Source: Acidimicrobiia bacterium
GTDB taxonomy: Bacteria > Actinomycetota > Acidimicrobiia > Spongiisociales > JAHEDJ01
Direction of reading: 5' to 3'
NCBI GenBank assembly: GCA_029210695.1
Contig: JARGFH010000039.1
Coordinates: forward strand, 1 to 35,073
Length of the DNA stretch: 35,073 nucleotides
Below the pieces are notes generated by a model. That model saw nothing but the letters and a program-made list of their open reading frames with translations, did no database searches and was not told where the DNA came from. This document shows, in pieces, positions 26,791 to 34,909 of the stretch (its first letter is position 1; every line of letters starts with the position of its first letter). The position numbers were made by a program, and so were the translations under genes.

Positions 26791-28463
26791 TCCGCCGCCT
26801 CCGCCTTCCGGCCGGGTTGCTTGCCGGGCTGGTGGTGGTCGGCGGCATTCTGCTTTTCGCTCTTCCCGCCGATCGGACTATCCACGGCCGGGTACTGGCG
26901 GCGGACGGAACGCCGGTTGTCGACGCGATCGTTCGGATCCAGGCGACCGACGTTTCCGTGCGCACGGCTTCCGATGGCGGGTTTGTCCTCGAATCCGGCC
27001 AGAGCGTGCGATTGAGTGCCTGGGCTCCCGGTTTCTACATCGCCGGGGGCGAAGAACACGCCCCGGGCAGCGAGGCCACGTTCACCCTGTCGGCAGTCCC
27101 GGACGCCGACCATCCCGAGTACGAGTGGCTCGGTGTGGAGGCGGGCGGTGGAGGCGAGGCCCAGGGTTGTGCCGCCTGTCACAGTCGGGACGGTACCGAC
27201 CTTCCCTTCGCTCTGCCGGTCGACGAGTGGCGTCAAGACGCCCACGGCCAATCAGCCCAGAACCCCCGTTTCATCACCATGTATCTCGGGACGGACGTCG
27301 CCGGCCGGCTCAGTCCGTCGACCAGGTACGTCTCTAGTCGGGATTACGGGCGGGTGCCGCTGGCGCCCGACCCTTCCCGGCCCTATTACGGACCCGGCTA
27401 CAAACTCGACTTCCCCGACACGGCCGGCAACTGCGGCGCTTGCCACCTCCCCGTGGCGGCGGCCGACGATCCGTACGGGGTCGAGCCGGGCAATCTCGTC
27501 GGCGTTGCAGCCGAGGGGATCACCTGTGACTTCTGCCACAAGATATGGGACGTGTCGCTCGATGCCGACACGGCCATGCCGCTTCCCAACCGGCCCGGGG
27601 TGTTGTCGTTCGAGTTGCTTCGCCCTCCGGAGGGCCACCAGTTCTTCACCGGCCCGTTCGACGACGTCGCTCCCGGCGAGGACACCTACTCGCCCCTGCA
27701 GACCCAAAGCGCGTACTGTGCCCCCTGCCACCACGCCGTGTTCTGGGACACAGTCGTCTACGACTCCTACGGCGAGTGGCTTCGCAGTCCCTACAGCGAT
27801 CCTGAGACCGGACGGACCTGCCAGGACTGCCACACGCCGGCCACCGGCGCCACCGTGTTCGTCCGTCCCGACGCCGGTGGCTTGACCCGGGACCCGGAAA
27901 CGATCCGCAGCCATCTCATGCCGGGAGCCGGCGATGAGGAGTTGCTTGCCAACGCCGTCACGGTGACGGCGAGTGCGGTCGAGGAGGAGGGCCGGATTGC
28001 CATCGAGGTGACGATTACCAACGACCGGACGGGACATCATGTGCCCACCGATTCGCCGCTCCGTCACCTGATCCTGCTGGTCGCCGCAACGGATGGTGAC
28101 GGGACGGCCCTATCGCAGTTGGACGGTCCGGTCGTGCCCGACTGGGCCGGGCGGGGCGACCCCGAAACCGGCCACTTCGCCGGTCTGCCCGGCACCGCCT
28201 ATGCCAAGGTCCTGGAAGAGTTGTGGACGGAGGTGTCTCCCACCGGGGCGTACTGGAACCCGACCCGGGTGCTATCCGACAACCGCATCGCAGCGCTGGA
28301 CCGCGACACGACCCGATACGTGTTCGCAGCTCCCCCAACCGGACCGGTAGCCGTCGAGGTCACCCTGCTTTTCCGACGGGCCCACCTGGAGCTAATGGAG
28401 CAGAAAGGATGGGTTGTCCCCGATATCGAGATGGCCCATCTCACGGTGCGCGTGGACGGCTGA
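26787..28463 (+). CDS. Exported pentaheme c-type cytochrome with N-terminal carboxypeptidase-regulatory-like domain
   Basis: Five CxxCH motifs (CAACH, CGACH, CDFCH, CAPCH, CQDCH), TGHHVPT, N-terminal TM/signal; TTGA overlap with the upstream gene. Confidence 0.88.
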   Translation: MIRRLRLPAGLLAGLVVVGGILLFALPADRTIHGRVLAADGTPVVDAIVRIQATDVSVRTASDGGFVLESGQSVRLSAWAPGFYIAGGEEHAPGSEATFTLSAVPDADHPEYEWLGVEAGGGGEAQGCAACHSRDGTDLPFALPVDEWRQDAHGQSAQNPRFITMYLGTDVAGRLSPSTRYVSSRDYGRVPLAPDPSRPYYGPGYKLDFPDTAGNCGACHLPVAAADDPYGVEPGNLVGVAAEGITCDFCHKIWDVSLDADTAMPLPNRPGVLSFELLRPPEGHQFFTGPFDDVAPGEDTYSPLQTQSAYCAPCHHAVFWDTVVYDSYGEWLRSPYSDPETGRTCQDCHTPATGATVFVRPDAGGLTRDPETIRSHLMPGAGDEELLANAVTVTASAVEEEGRIAIEVTITNDRTGHHVPTDSPLRHLILLVAATDGDGTALSQLDGPVVPDWAGRGDPETGHFAGLPGTAYAKVLEELWTEVSPTGAYWNPTRVLSDNRIAALDRDTTRYVFAAPPTGPVAVEVTLLFRRAHLELMEQKGWVVPDIEMAHLTVRVDG

Positions 28464-28565
28464 GCCGGGTGGGTTGGTTGCAGCGGCGGCATCCCTGGCT
28501 GTGACCGATTGGTTTCCGGAAGAAGATCGCGCGGGCAATGAGTCCCCGCGGACCGAACCCACATC

Positions 28566-28643
28566 CGTTCTCCCCTCACCGAAGGTGGGGGAGTCCGCCC
28601 GGTCGGAGGCCGGGTGGAAGGGGGGCAACACCAAACCAACTCC
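28566..28643. repeat. REP-like double-hairpin repeat, copy 2
   Basis: Near-identical to 15514-15592, same orientation. Confidence 0.85.
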
Positions 28644-28705
28644 ACTTGGGACAGTGCGCCCGCGACGGGATTTGTTACTCTCGATGATCGAACGAAGGGG
28701 AACCC

Positions 28706-29161
28706 ATGAGAGAGCTTGTCGTGACTCACGACTCGAGCGCTGGACCGGAGCAGGTGTGGAGCGTGCTGACCGACCTCGACAACGCCGCCGTCGCCATCTC
28801 TGCAATTGAGAAGGTCGAGCGTCTCGACGGCGGCGGCGGATTCGAGCTGGGCACCACCTGGCGCGAAACCCGGACGATGTTTGGCAAGAAGGCCACAGAG
28901 GACATGACGGTCACAGAACTCGAGCCCGGCCGGTCGTACACAACCGAGGCGAGATCCCACGGCGCCCATTACCTATCAACCAACCGCGTGGAGCCGATCG
29001 AGGGCGGCAGTCGTATCACGGTCACTTTTGGTGCCGAGCCGACCAGTGCCATCTCCAAGGTCTTCGCGGCCACCATCGGCAGGTTGTTCGACAACGCCAC
29101 GCGCAAAGCCCTGGCGAAGGATTTGACCGAAATCGCCGCCGCCGCGGAGAGATCATCCTGA
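28706..29161 (+). CDS. SRPBCC family protein
   Basis: PEQVWSVLTDL..GTTWRETRTMFGK..VTELEPGR..KDLTEIAAAAE; RBS AAGGGG. Confidence 0.88.
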   Translation: MRELVVTHDSSAGPEQVWSVLTDLDNAAVAISAIEKVERLDGGGGFELGTTWRETRTMFGKKATEDMTVTELEPGRSYTTEARSHGAHYLSTNRVEPIEGGSRITVTFGAEPTSAISKVFAATIGRLFDNATRKALAKDLTEIAAAAERSS

Positions 29162-29254
29162 GGTTTGGAGAATCGGTAAGAGCCGCAGCGAGATAGCCCC
29201 TTATCAGCACCTCACGCGCGCCGTATTCTGTAGCCACGGGACAAAGGAGGTTCC

Positions 29255-29758
29255 ATGCGTAGGATCTGGCTACCCGTGCTCGTGAGCATCCTTCTGGTGG
29301 GAACGACAGCCGTGCCCGCCCTCGCCGGCAAGGATCTCCCATTCAAAGCGCACGCCGAGCGGGTGTGGGCTGGACCGCTCGGACCGAATCCCTCGTGCCC
29401 GGAGGGGTACGTCGGAGAGGACTCCGAGTCCATCGGCACCGGCACCCATCTGGGAAGATTCCATATTTTCGAGACCCTCTGTCTCGATTTCCGCACGCCG
29501 CCCATCGCGCCATTCGAGGTGTACGGCGAACTCGTAACCGCCAACGGCGACCACCTGACCTTTCACGTGGAAGGCGACTTCAATCTCATCTCCGGGGCAA
29601 TGACGAGCAGCGGGTGGACCTTTACCGGTGGTACCGGGAGATTTGAGTCTGCCGAAGGCCAAGCGGAGGACACGGTGATTCGCGATTCAGAGGGAACCCT
29701 CATCGGCGTGAAAGTTGTGGGCACGATCACCTTCAACGCGTCGGATCGCTCCGGCTGA
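29255..29758 (+). CDS. Secreted hypothetical beta-barrel protein
   Basis: AAGGAGG RBS, signal peptide ending ALA, GTGTHLG..TANGDHL..TGGTGRF motifs. Confidence 0.8.
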   Translation: MRRIWLPVLVSILLVGTTAVPALAGKDLPFKAHAERVWAGPLGPNPSCPEGYVGEDSESIGTGTHLGRFHIFETLCLDFRTPPIAPFEVYGELVTANGDHLTFHVEGDFNLISGAMTSSGWTFTGGTGRFESAEGQAEDTVIRDSEGTLIGVKVVGTITFNASDRSG

Positions 29759-29776
29759 AGTGCGACAACGCGGCTA

Positions 29777-29803
29777 GCCGAGCCCAGGATTACTGGGCTC
29801 GGC
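29777..29803. terminator. Terminator-like hairpin
   Basis: 11-bp stem GCCGAGCCCAG/CTGGGCTCGGC after the stop at 29758. Confidence 0.7.
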
Positions 29804-29960
29804 CGCTGATCTTGGGTACCCGTGGCCTCTGCCGTGTCACAGCATCTCGAGGCAGTTGGCTGACCAGGGCGTTCGGACGGGATCGATCACACCGCCAGGC
29901 CCGGTCGTTGAGGCAAGACGAAAGAGGGCCGGCACCGCCTCTCCTTCGTTCGTCACCCGT

Positions 29961-30176
29961 TCAGGATCCGTAGAGCGCCGGCCTGTACCGGGGCTTCGGG
30001 ATCTCGCGCCCCGCCTCGGCGGCCGCCTTCAGCCAGGCGGCCTTCGCTTCCATAACTGCAGCCAAAGCGGTCTCTGGGGTTGGTCCGAAGGCCGAGCAGG
30101 AGGGGAGATCGGGAATGTCGGCTATGTAGCCGCCGTCTTCCTCGCCGAAGAACACATTGATGTGGTAGTCGCTCAT
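29961..30176 (-). CDS. hicB: Second HicB antitoxin (orphan)
   Basis: 67/71 aa identical to 23161-23376. Confidence 0.85.
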   Translation of the reverse strand: MSDYHINVFFGEEDGGYIADIPDLPSCSAFGPTPETALAAVMEAKAAWLKAAAEAGREIPKPRYRPALYGS

Positions 30177-30237
30177 AGGTCGCCCTCTATCCGAAGATTG
30201 TATCGCTCTATCAGCTCCACTAGTTGTCGCACCTGAT
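30173..30237 (-). pseudogene. hicA: 3' remnant of hicA
   Basis: Matches 23373-23437 (QVRQLVELIERYNLRIEGDL); similarity stops at 30237 and the GSH motif is lost. Confidence 0.85.
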
Positions 30238-30359
30238 GGTCAGGGGCAAAGCCCCTCGCCACCAAAGCATCCATTGCTAGGTGGGAGGGCGGCACCACCA
30301 GACCACGCCGCGGCAACAGCCTCAGCCCACCGGGAGCCGACGTTTCTTGGGCCAACAGC

Positions 30360-33188
30360 TCAGCAGATCTCCAGCACGTTCACCCAGATCGAATGGGTGG
30401 CGGTATGCCCGTCGGAGTCGGTCACGGTCAGGGTGATGACGTGCACGGTTGACGTGCAGCTATCTCCGCTGAGGGTGACCGTGATGGACTGTCCGGTCCC
30501 CAAGTTTCCATCCAGATCCGACTCCCACACGAGGCTGGCGTCCGACAGCGTTCCGTCCTCGGGGTCGGTGCCCATTCCGGTCAGCGTCACCGAATCGCCG
30601 ACCACAATGATGGTGGCGGTGGCCGGACTGGTGATCTGGGCACTCGGATAGCCGGCACCGGCCACAACCTCGACGCCAATCGTGTCGGTGCCCGTCAATC
30701 CGAAGCCGTCGGTCACCGTCAACGTGATGGTGTGCGTTCCGGCACTCAACTGGCTCGACACGGTCCATCCGCTCCCCAGGTTGCCGTCGAGGCTGGAACT
30801 CCAGACCAGATCGGAAGCTTGGATCGCCTCGTCGGGGTCGAATCCGAATCCGGAGAAGTTGACCGTTTGACTGGTGTAGAAAGTCGATCCGGTGGCCGGA
30901 TAGGTGATGGACGCGGTCGGTGCCGTGTTCACCACGAAAACCTGCACCTGATCGGTGGCGGTCGCTCCGAAGGCATCGGTGGCCGTGGCGGTGATCGTGT
31001 GGCTGCCAAGCTGGAGGGTCGGTGCCGCACAGCTGTAGGGTCCGATGACTCCGTTGTCTGCGCACAGCTCTCCCTGGCGGTCCGAGGTGAAGGTCACCGA
31101 CACATCGAACTGGTCGCCCCACGGCTTCGCCTTTTCGGGGTCGGTCACGTCGGCACCGAGGTACACGCCGTCGTAGGGCACCGGCTCACCGTTGGTGTGC
31201 GAGGTGATGTGGATGGTCGGCGGCTGATTGGGTTTCACCTGCTGTAGGGCCCTCAACGCATCCACGTAGCCGGTGGTCACCTTGGGGTCGGTACTGGTGT
31301 TAGCCGAGGCCTGGAGCATGGTGAGGATCTGGCTCTTGTACAGGTAGGGGTTGAGGGCCTTCATCAGCGCCACGATGCCAGACAGATACGGCGCCGAGCA
31401 GGAGGTGCCGTTGAAGAAGGCAAGTTCATCTTCGCCGGTGACGTTGATATCTTCGCCGGCGCTGACCCGGGTGAGGGTTGAGAAGAGCCCGGTGGGTGCC
31501 CACATGTCGACCGGCGTGCCGTAGTTCGAGCCGTCCCAGGCCAGGCCGTTCCTGACGATTGCTCCGACGCAGATGGCCCCGTCGAGTTCGCACGGATAGA
31601 TGTCGTTGTTGCCGATGTCGTCGCCGGCGTTGCCGGCCGAGGCCACGACGATGGCGCCGGTGTTGCGGGCGCTCCCGACTGCGGCCTTCAGCACATTGCC
31701 GTTGTCGAAGTTGCGACACATCCAGCCACAGTCGAAGTCGATGCTGGTGTTGACGACATGGGCGTTGTTGTAGGCGGCGTCGTAGACGCCCGAGGCGATC
31801 TCCCAGACGTCGGGTCCGACCCGGATCAGCAGGGTCTTGATCTCGGCGCCGGTCGTGCCTCCGCCGCTGGTTCCGGCCGTTCCGTAGAGGTTGCGGCCGT
31901 TGGCGCAACAGGTGCCGAAGGACATCTGTCCGTGCCAGCAACCTTTGGGACAGTTGGAGAACCCCATGGCGATCCCACCGGCCGTCCAGTCGTAGTCGAT
32001 CTCGTCGAGCTGGGGCGGTTTGCTGCCCGAGTAGAGGAAGTCATCGCTGCCCACCAGCGGGACTCCGGTGGTCGTGCTCAGGTCGAACCCGCTGTCGACC
32101 ACCGCCACCATGGTCGGGTAGTAGGCGGTGGTGGGCGGGAAGCCCTGGTAGCGCAGGTACTCCCAGGCCCGGATAACACCCACGGAAACCTCGTTTTCGC
32201 TCATCCACCACCAGTTGGCGGCGTCGAGGTAGCCCCCTCCGTCGGCGGGGTGTTCGCACACGGTGCAGTTGAAGTCGGCGATCTGGTTGAGAGTGATCTG
32301 GTGGTCGGCTCGCTCCCTGGCTACCAGCGCAGTCAATCGGGCGGCAGTATCAGTGGAGAAGGTCCACGCTCCGCGCAGTCCGGCGGTTTCCATGTTGACG
32401 GCGAAGTCGCCGAGCGGCGACGTGGTCGGGTCGACGCCGACGAGGACGAACCCGGTGGTGGGAGCCATGGCCGGGTTGGGGGTTTCGCCTTCGACCAGCA
32501 GCGGTGTGCCGTCCCGCAGGACGGTGCCCCCATAGGCAGAGAGGAGGGCGGCCAGCTCGGCCGGGTCATCGGTTTGGAGGATGACCTCGTCGGCTACGAA
32601 CGTTTCGGGAGTGCCGTCTGGTCCGACCGCCGCTTCCACGGTGCGGGCCGGTCCCCCGCTCAACCCGGGGATCTCGGCGACTTCGGGGGTAACGGTGGGG
32701 TCGATCTGGTAGGAGAAGTGACCGGCGATCAGGATGTCGATCAACTCCTGCACCTGGAGTTGAGCGTCACAGTCGACGATCCAGTCGTTGCGGTCGGGTT
32801 TGGGCGGGCACCCGTCGAAGCGTTTGCGGAGGTTCTTCAGACCGATCAAGCCCTCCTCGATGTGGCCGGCCGCGAAGGCGGCTTCGATGGCCGACAACCG
32901 GGCACTGGTCGCCGTCCGCAAGCCCGGTTCGCCATCTTCGAACACACCGTCGCCGAAACCTTCGATGAGCGCGATCAGAATGTCGGGATCGCCGCCGTCG
33001 ATAATGCCGTCACCGTCGGAGTCGGGATCGGCAGGATCGGTCCCCAACGCAACCTCGAGAGCATCGATGAGCCCGTCGTCATCGGAATCGACGACGGGCG
33101 CGGCGGGATCGAATGCGGCGCTCGGCGTCACCGAAGCGCCCAGGAACATGGTCAGACCGACGAGAAGAACGAGGGATTTCCGCTGCAT
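30360..33188 (-). CDS. Secreted subtilisin-like S8 peptidase with N-terminal DxDxDG Ca-binding repeats and C-terminal PKD/Ig-like repeats
   Basis: Triad VAVVDSG / HGQMS / GTSCSAP, oxyanion SAGN; DSDDDG..DSDGDG; three repeats of type LSAGTHTITLTVTD. Confidence 0.9.
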   Translation of the reverse strand: MQRKSLVLLVGLTMFLGASVTPSAAFDPAAPVVDSDDDGLIDALEVALGTDPADPDSDGDGIIDGGDPDILIALIEGFGDGVFEDGEPGLRTATSARLSAIEAAFAAGHIEEGLIGLKNLRKRFDGCPPKPDRNDWIVDCDAQLQVQELIDILIAGHFSYQIDPTVTPEVAEIPGLSGGPARTVEAAVGPDGTPETFVADEVILQTDDPAELAALLSAYGGTVLRDGTPLLVEGETPNPAMAPTTGFVLVGVDPTTSPLGDFAVNMETAGLRGAWTFSTDTAARLTALVARERADHQITLNQIADFNCTVCEHPADGGGYLDAANWWWMSENEVSVGVIRAWEYLRYQGFPPTTAYYPTMVAVVDSGFDLSTTTGVPLVGSDDFLYSGSKPPQLDEIDYDWTAGGIAMGFSNCPKGCWHGQMSFGTCCANGRNLYGTAGTSGGGTTGAEIKTLLIRVGPDVWEIASGVYDAAYNNAHVVNTSIDFDCGWMCRNFDNGNVLKAAVGSARNTGAIVVASAGNAGDDIGNNDIYPCELDGAICVGAIVRNGLAWDGSNYGTPVDMWAPTGLFSTLTRVSAGEDINVTGEDELAFFNGTSCSAPYLSGIVALMKALNPYLYKSQILTMLQASANTSTDPKVTTGYVDALRALQQVKPNQPPTIHITSHTNGEPVPYDGVYLGADVTDPEKAKPWGDQFDVSVTFTSDRQGELCADNGVIGPYSCAAPTLQLGSHTITATATDAFGATATDQVQVFVVNTAPTASITYPATGSTFYTSQTVNFSGFGFDPDEAIQASDLVWSSSLDGNLGSGWTVSSQLSAGTHTITLTVTDGFGLTGTDTIGVEVVAGAGYPSAQITSPATATIIVVGDSVTLTGMGTDPEDGTLSDASLVWESDLDGNLGTGQSITVTLSGDSCTSTVHVITLTVTDSDGHTATHSIWVNVLEIC

Positions 33189-33265
33189 GACAACCTCCCG
33201 GCAATCGGAGTACTGCCCTCAGAGCATCAACTCCCCCCAGGTTCTCTCATTCGAATCGGGCGGTC

Positions 33266-33281
33266 TAGAGGAAAAGGCCAC
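33266..33281. promoter_or_regulatory. Shared 16-bp upstream motif, copy 1
   Basis: TAGAGGAAAAGGCCAC, 78 nt from the S8 start; identical to 34709-34724. Confidence 0.65.
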
Positions 33282-33349
33282 CAACGTGGGCGCCGGCGCA
33301 AAGCGCGGCGGCCCCTGCGATTGACCGGAGGCCGGCGCCGGTGGGTTGC

Positions 33350-33387
33350 CGGCGGCGAGACCACGGACGGGCCAGGTCTCGCCGCCG
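33350..33387 (-). terminator. Hairpin downstream of the peroxidase gene
   Basis: 13-bp stem CGGCGGCGAGACC/GGTCTCGCCGCCG. Confidence 0.65.
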
Positions 33388-33403
33388 CTTCTGAGATTCC
33401 CTA

Positions 33404-34633
33404 TCAGCCGTCGGACAGAGTCCGGAGGAAGGCCACGATCGCCGCCTCCTCTGCCGGGGTCAGGCCCAGATCACCGAGTTCGTCGGTGTTGACGTTGTCG
33501 TCTATTTCCGGAGCCGGCCAGCATCCGGCCGACATCGCCTGGGCTTCGGTGTAGGCGCCGGGGCATTCGGGCTTCACGTCTCGAGTGTTGTAGAAGTGGA
33601 CGATTCCCTCCAGCGACTTGAAGTAGCCGTTGTGCCCGAACGCCTTCACCGTCCCGGCCGGCTGCAGGGCGACGTTGCGCAGGGTGGGAACCTTGAACTT
33701 CCCCATCTCTTCTTCGTAGACGTCTTCGTCGTAACCGGCATTCATGAGGAAGCCACCCAGACCAGGATCTCTGAAGTCGGGATCCGCCAGATAGGCCGGG
33801 TTCTCGGGGTTCACCGGGATGCCGAGGTTGTCGAAGGTGAAATCGGTGAACAGCGCATCCTGGCCGGTGGCGGAATGGCACGCCCGGCAGCCACCCTTGC
33901 CCTGAAACAGCGCGAAGCCTCTCTGCTCCTCTCTCGACAACTTGCCCAGATCGAACTTCGAGCTGAAGGCGTTGGAGGCCGTGGAGTCTTCGAACGCCGC
34001 AATCGCGAGGGCAATCTGGTCGTAGGCGCCATCGGAGATGGTACGGTCGGCGGCGGAAAGGGCCACCGTGGTGCCCTCGGTAGCGCACGTAGCCGCAATG
34101 CCTCCCGGCCAGGTGATACTGCAGGTGTCCGCCCCCCAGACGCTGGTGAAAAGCGTCCCGTAGCCACCGGTACACACCTTCCAGACCACGCACGCCGAGT
34201 CGGGAAGTGCCTGCTCCATCGGATTCAGGAAAGGTCCCTGCGCTTGATCGGCGGCCGGATTCCCCAGCTTCTCGCCCGTCGCCCGGCCGTCCCAGAAGTT
34301 GCCTCCCACGTACGTGCCCTTCTTGTCCACATGGAAGATCGGGCTCACCGTCGCGTAGGCGGAACTCGGCGGCTTGCGGTCCCCGAATCGGCCGGCGATG
34401 GAACCCTCGTACACAGCTCCGGCTGCGTTGATCGCTTCGTTCGGACCGGTCCAGCCCCAATCAGGATCGTGACAGCTCGCACACGACTGGTTTCCGTTGA
34501 TGGACAGGGCTTCGTCGAAGAAGATGCCCTCCCCTAGTTGCTCGATGGGTGTGAGCTCCTGGGCGCCGGCCGGAACGACGGCCGCCACCAGCAGGATTGC
34601 CATGAACAACAATCCCCATACCCTCGGTCTCAT
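33404..34633 (-). CDS. Di-heme cytochrome c peroxidase/MauG-family protein, exported
   Basis: Signal peptide; CASCH and CRACH; FWDGRA, QAQGPFLNPME, FKVPTLRNV, HNGYFKSL, IVAFLRTLSDG. Confidence 0.92.
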   Translation of the reverse strand: MRPRVWGLLFMAILLVAAVVPAGAQELTPIEQLGEGIFFDEALSINGNQSCASCHDPDWGWTGPNEAINAAGAVYEGSIAGRFGDRKPPSSAYATVSPIFHVDKKGTYVGGNFWDGRATGEKLGNPAADQAQGPFLNPMEQALPDSACVVWKVCTGGYGTLFTSVWGADTCSITWPGGIAATCATEGTTVALSAADRTISDGAYDQIALAIAAFEDSTASNAFSSKFDLGKLSREEQRGFALFQGKGGCRACHSATGQDALFTDFTFDNLGIPVNPENPAYLADPDFRDPGLGGFLMNAGYDEDVYEEEMGKFKVPTLRNVALQPAGTVKAFGHNGYFKSLEGIVHFYNTRDVKPECPGAYTEAQAMSAGCWPAPEIDDNVNTDELGDLGLTPAEEAAIVAFLRTLSDG

Positions 34634-34708
34634 AATGCCTCCCGTATCTCTCGATGCGGTCGAGGCGCCTCCCGATTGGCATTATGCCGACCGCGTCCTT
34701 CGACTGGA

Positions 34709-34724
34709 TAGAGGAAAAGGCCAC
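34709..34724. promoter_or_regulatory. Shared 16-bp upstream motif, copy 2
   Basis: TAGAGGAAAAGGCCAC, 76 nt from the peroxidase start; minus-strand CATAAT at 34686-34681. Confidence 0.65.
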
Positions 34725-34729
34725 ATTGG

Positions 34730-34909
34730 ATGGTGGCCCATCTGGGCCGGGTGGTGGTGCGACTGTCCGCCGACCGGGCACAGGAGTTCGTTGGCCGGAT
34801 GGACCGGCTGGTCTCCGACCTGCGGGAAGCCGACGACGAGCGAGAAGGCTCGGTCGGCTTCGCCTTGACCGCCGCGCTGGTACCCACCGACCTGGAGGAT
34901 GACCGATGA
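34730..34909 (+). pseudogene. C-terminal remnant resembling an ArsR-like winged-helix regulator
   Basis: 59-aa frame ..VVRLSADRAQEFVGRMDRLVSDLREADD..GFALTAALVP with coding-like GC3 and no HTH; followed by RBS and an ATGA-coupled 31-aa stub (34906-35001). Confidence 0.45.

Noticed and set aside
24379..28463. Hydrazine synthase or cd1 nitrite reductase analogy for the propeller plus heme pair
   Set aside because: The propeller carries no CxxCH and has Asp-box repeats, and no diagnostic motifs or partner genes are visible.
20291..30237. Integron cassette array
   Set aside because: No intI, no repeated attC-like RYYYAAC..GTTRRRY sites, and genes are in mixed orientations with their own promoters.
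33270..33352. c-di-GMP-I riboswitch-like text (GGCGCAAAGC..GTTGCCG); a similar 13-mer occurs at 11384-11396
   Set aside because: It lacks the GGCAAA start and GNRA-capped P2, and is antisense to the flanking genes. The 11384 copy has no supporting stems. An Rfam scan would settle it.
3243..33554. Long antisense or alternate-frame ORFs (e.g. 3243-4421, 5103-6293, 16196-17950, 17980-19188, 24361-26106, 31758-33554)
   Set aside because: They are shadows of real high-GC genes, with Arg/Gly/Pro-rich composition and no recognisable motifs or RBS.
23675..33684. Diversity-generating retroelement (TR/VR pair in the peroxidase)
   Set aside because: Differences are not confined to adenines (G/C changes occur), most are silent, and no reverse transcriptase is present.
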